A stretch of DNA of 63,998 nucleotides, counting the filler, from Piptocephalis cylindrospora (lineage: Eukaryota), in assembly GCA_003614145.1 (NCBI GenBank). It is 6 parts of 6 records of this genome, joined end to end, with 100 filler letters (N's around TTAATTAATTAA, not from the genome) between each part and the next. Parts side by side here need not be neighbours in the genome. Positions count along the whole stretch, not along the records: positions 54,645 to 63,998 come from KZ988087.1; 5 more parts are not named here. One strand, written 5' to 3'. Below, in pieces: positions 63,203 through 63,998 of this stretch. A program made the translations under genes and the position numbers. Within the stretch, counting starts at the first letter, position 1, and each line of letters opens with the position of its first letter. A model generated the notes under the pieces. The model was not told where the DNA came from and did no database searches. It was given only the letters and a program-made list of their open reading frames with translations.

Positions 63203-63443
63203 AGAGTCTGCATACACCATATGCTTATACAGTAGATGCCCTAGCATCCCCCCTTTCCTCCTTCCCTCTCTTTCTAATCAACAGTAAAACCATTCATGTA
63301 GACATGTGTGTATTCCGAGCGATAAGCATGGATAATGGATGAGAGATCCACATGTCCACGAGTGCAAGAAACCCATACTCACACTAGAGATACGACAAGA
63401 TACACCCTTTACCTCTTACTTCTCACGCCTACGAGCTTAGTCG

Positions 63444-63998
63444 CTAGTAAGTAGTACCGTAGGAGACATTATCGCCCCCAGGAGTCGCTGGAGGACTTTC
63501 AACAGTCTCATTGGCGGGATCCTGGGAATCCGAGGCGCCGTCCACACCTGTGTTGTCGGGTTGACCATAACCAAGTTCCTGAGAATCCGAGGCACCATCC
63601 ACAGCTGCAGGGGTACTTTCGGCCTGAGGCTCTTCGACGGGAAGGGTGGTAGTAGAATAAGTGACCTTGACGGGGGTAGGGCGATCCCCACCATGCTGAC
63701 GATGACGACGGCACCGATGATGATGGTGATGATGATGATGATGGGCATCGCAAGACCCGGAGGAGCAGCCGCCGCACTGGCCACCGTAACATTCACCACC
63801 AACCTGTTGGTCGTCGGAGGGATAATCCGAGGGGGCAGAGTCGGGAGACTGGTTATCCGTATCACCCTCCACGTCACCAGTAGCGCTAGGTTCGGATTCG
63901 ACAGGAAGCTCGGGGCTGTAGTCAGTGTCATCATTACTCTGATCAGGAGTAGTATCATCGGCGCCACCCTGATCAGGAGTAGTGTAGCCAGTATCACC
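63444..63998 (-). CDS. C-terminal part of an acidic low-complexity protein with a Cys/His-rich patch
   Basis: Frame is open to the window edge. Repeats TTPDQ x2 and VDGASDSQ x2; CYGGQCGGCSSGSCDA-H9-RCRRH. Confidence 0.65.
   Translation of the reverse strand, partial: GDTGYTTPDQGGADDTTPDQSNDDTDYSPELPVESEPSATGDVEGDTDNQSPDSAPSDYPSDDQQVGGECYGGQCGGCSSGSCDAHHHHHHHHHRCRRHRQHGGDRPTPVKVTYSTTTLPVEEPQAESTPAAVDGASDSQELGYGQPDNTGVDGASDSQDPANETVESPPATPGGDNVSYGTTY

Overview
Eukaryotic, intron-rich fungal DNA. The gene content (CNOT10, FANCI, Nox, AA11 LPMO, many small secreted proteins) suggests an early-diverging lineage; a Zoopagomycota-type mycoparasite is my inference, not verified. The window is six unrelated ~10.8-kb contigs joined by artificial N-TTAATTAATTAA-N linkers, so adjacency across linkers is meaningless. 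Housekeeping genes: CNOT10-like, a divergent H3/H4 pair, SUMO E1 (AOS1), tRNA-iMet, PAC4, POL1, HIRA, NADPH oxidase, FANCI, SmgGDS-like, SRP68, neurochondrin-like, two LITAF genes, BRX1 and an MFS transporter. The best candidates for undescribed biology are: (1) a 20-exon secreted-protein gene at 26381-30261, largely missed by the ORF track, with 14 consecutive phase-0 symmetric mini/micro-exons, resembling schistosome micro-exon genes; (2) a helical-domain + pseudokinase gene with MLKL-like architecture at 19471-21244; (3) two adjacent secreted proteins with X-Pro dipeptide pro-regions in front of a Gly-rich membrane segment. An AA11 LPMO is split across both strands at a contig end, most likely a fold-back amplification chimera. 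All gene models were built by eye, without RNA or database support.
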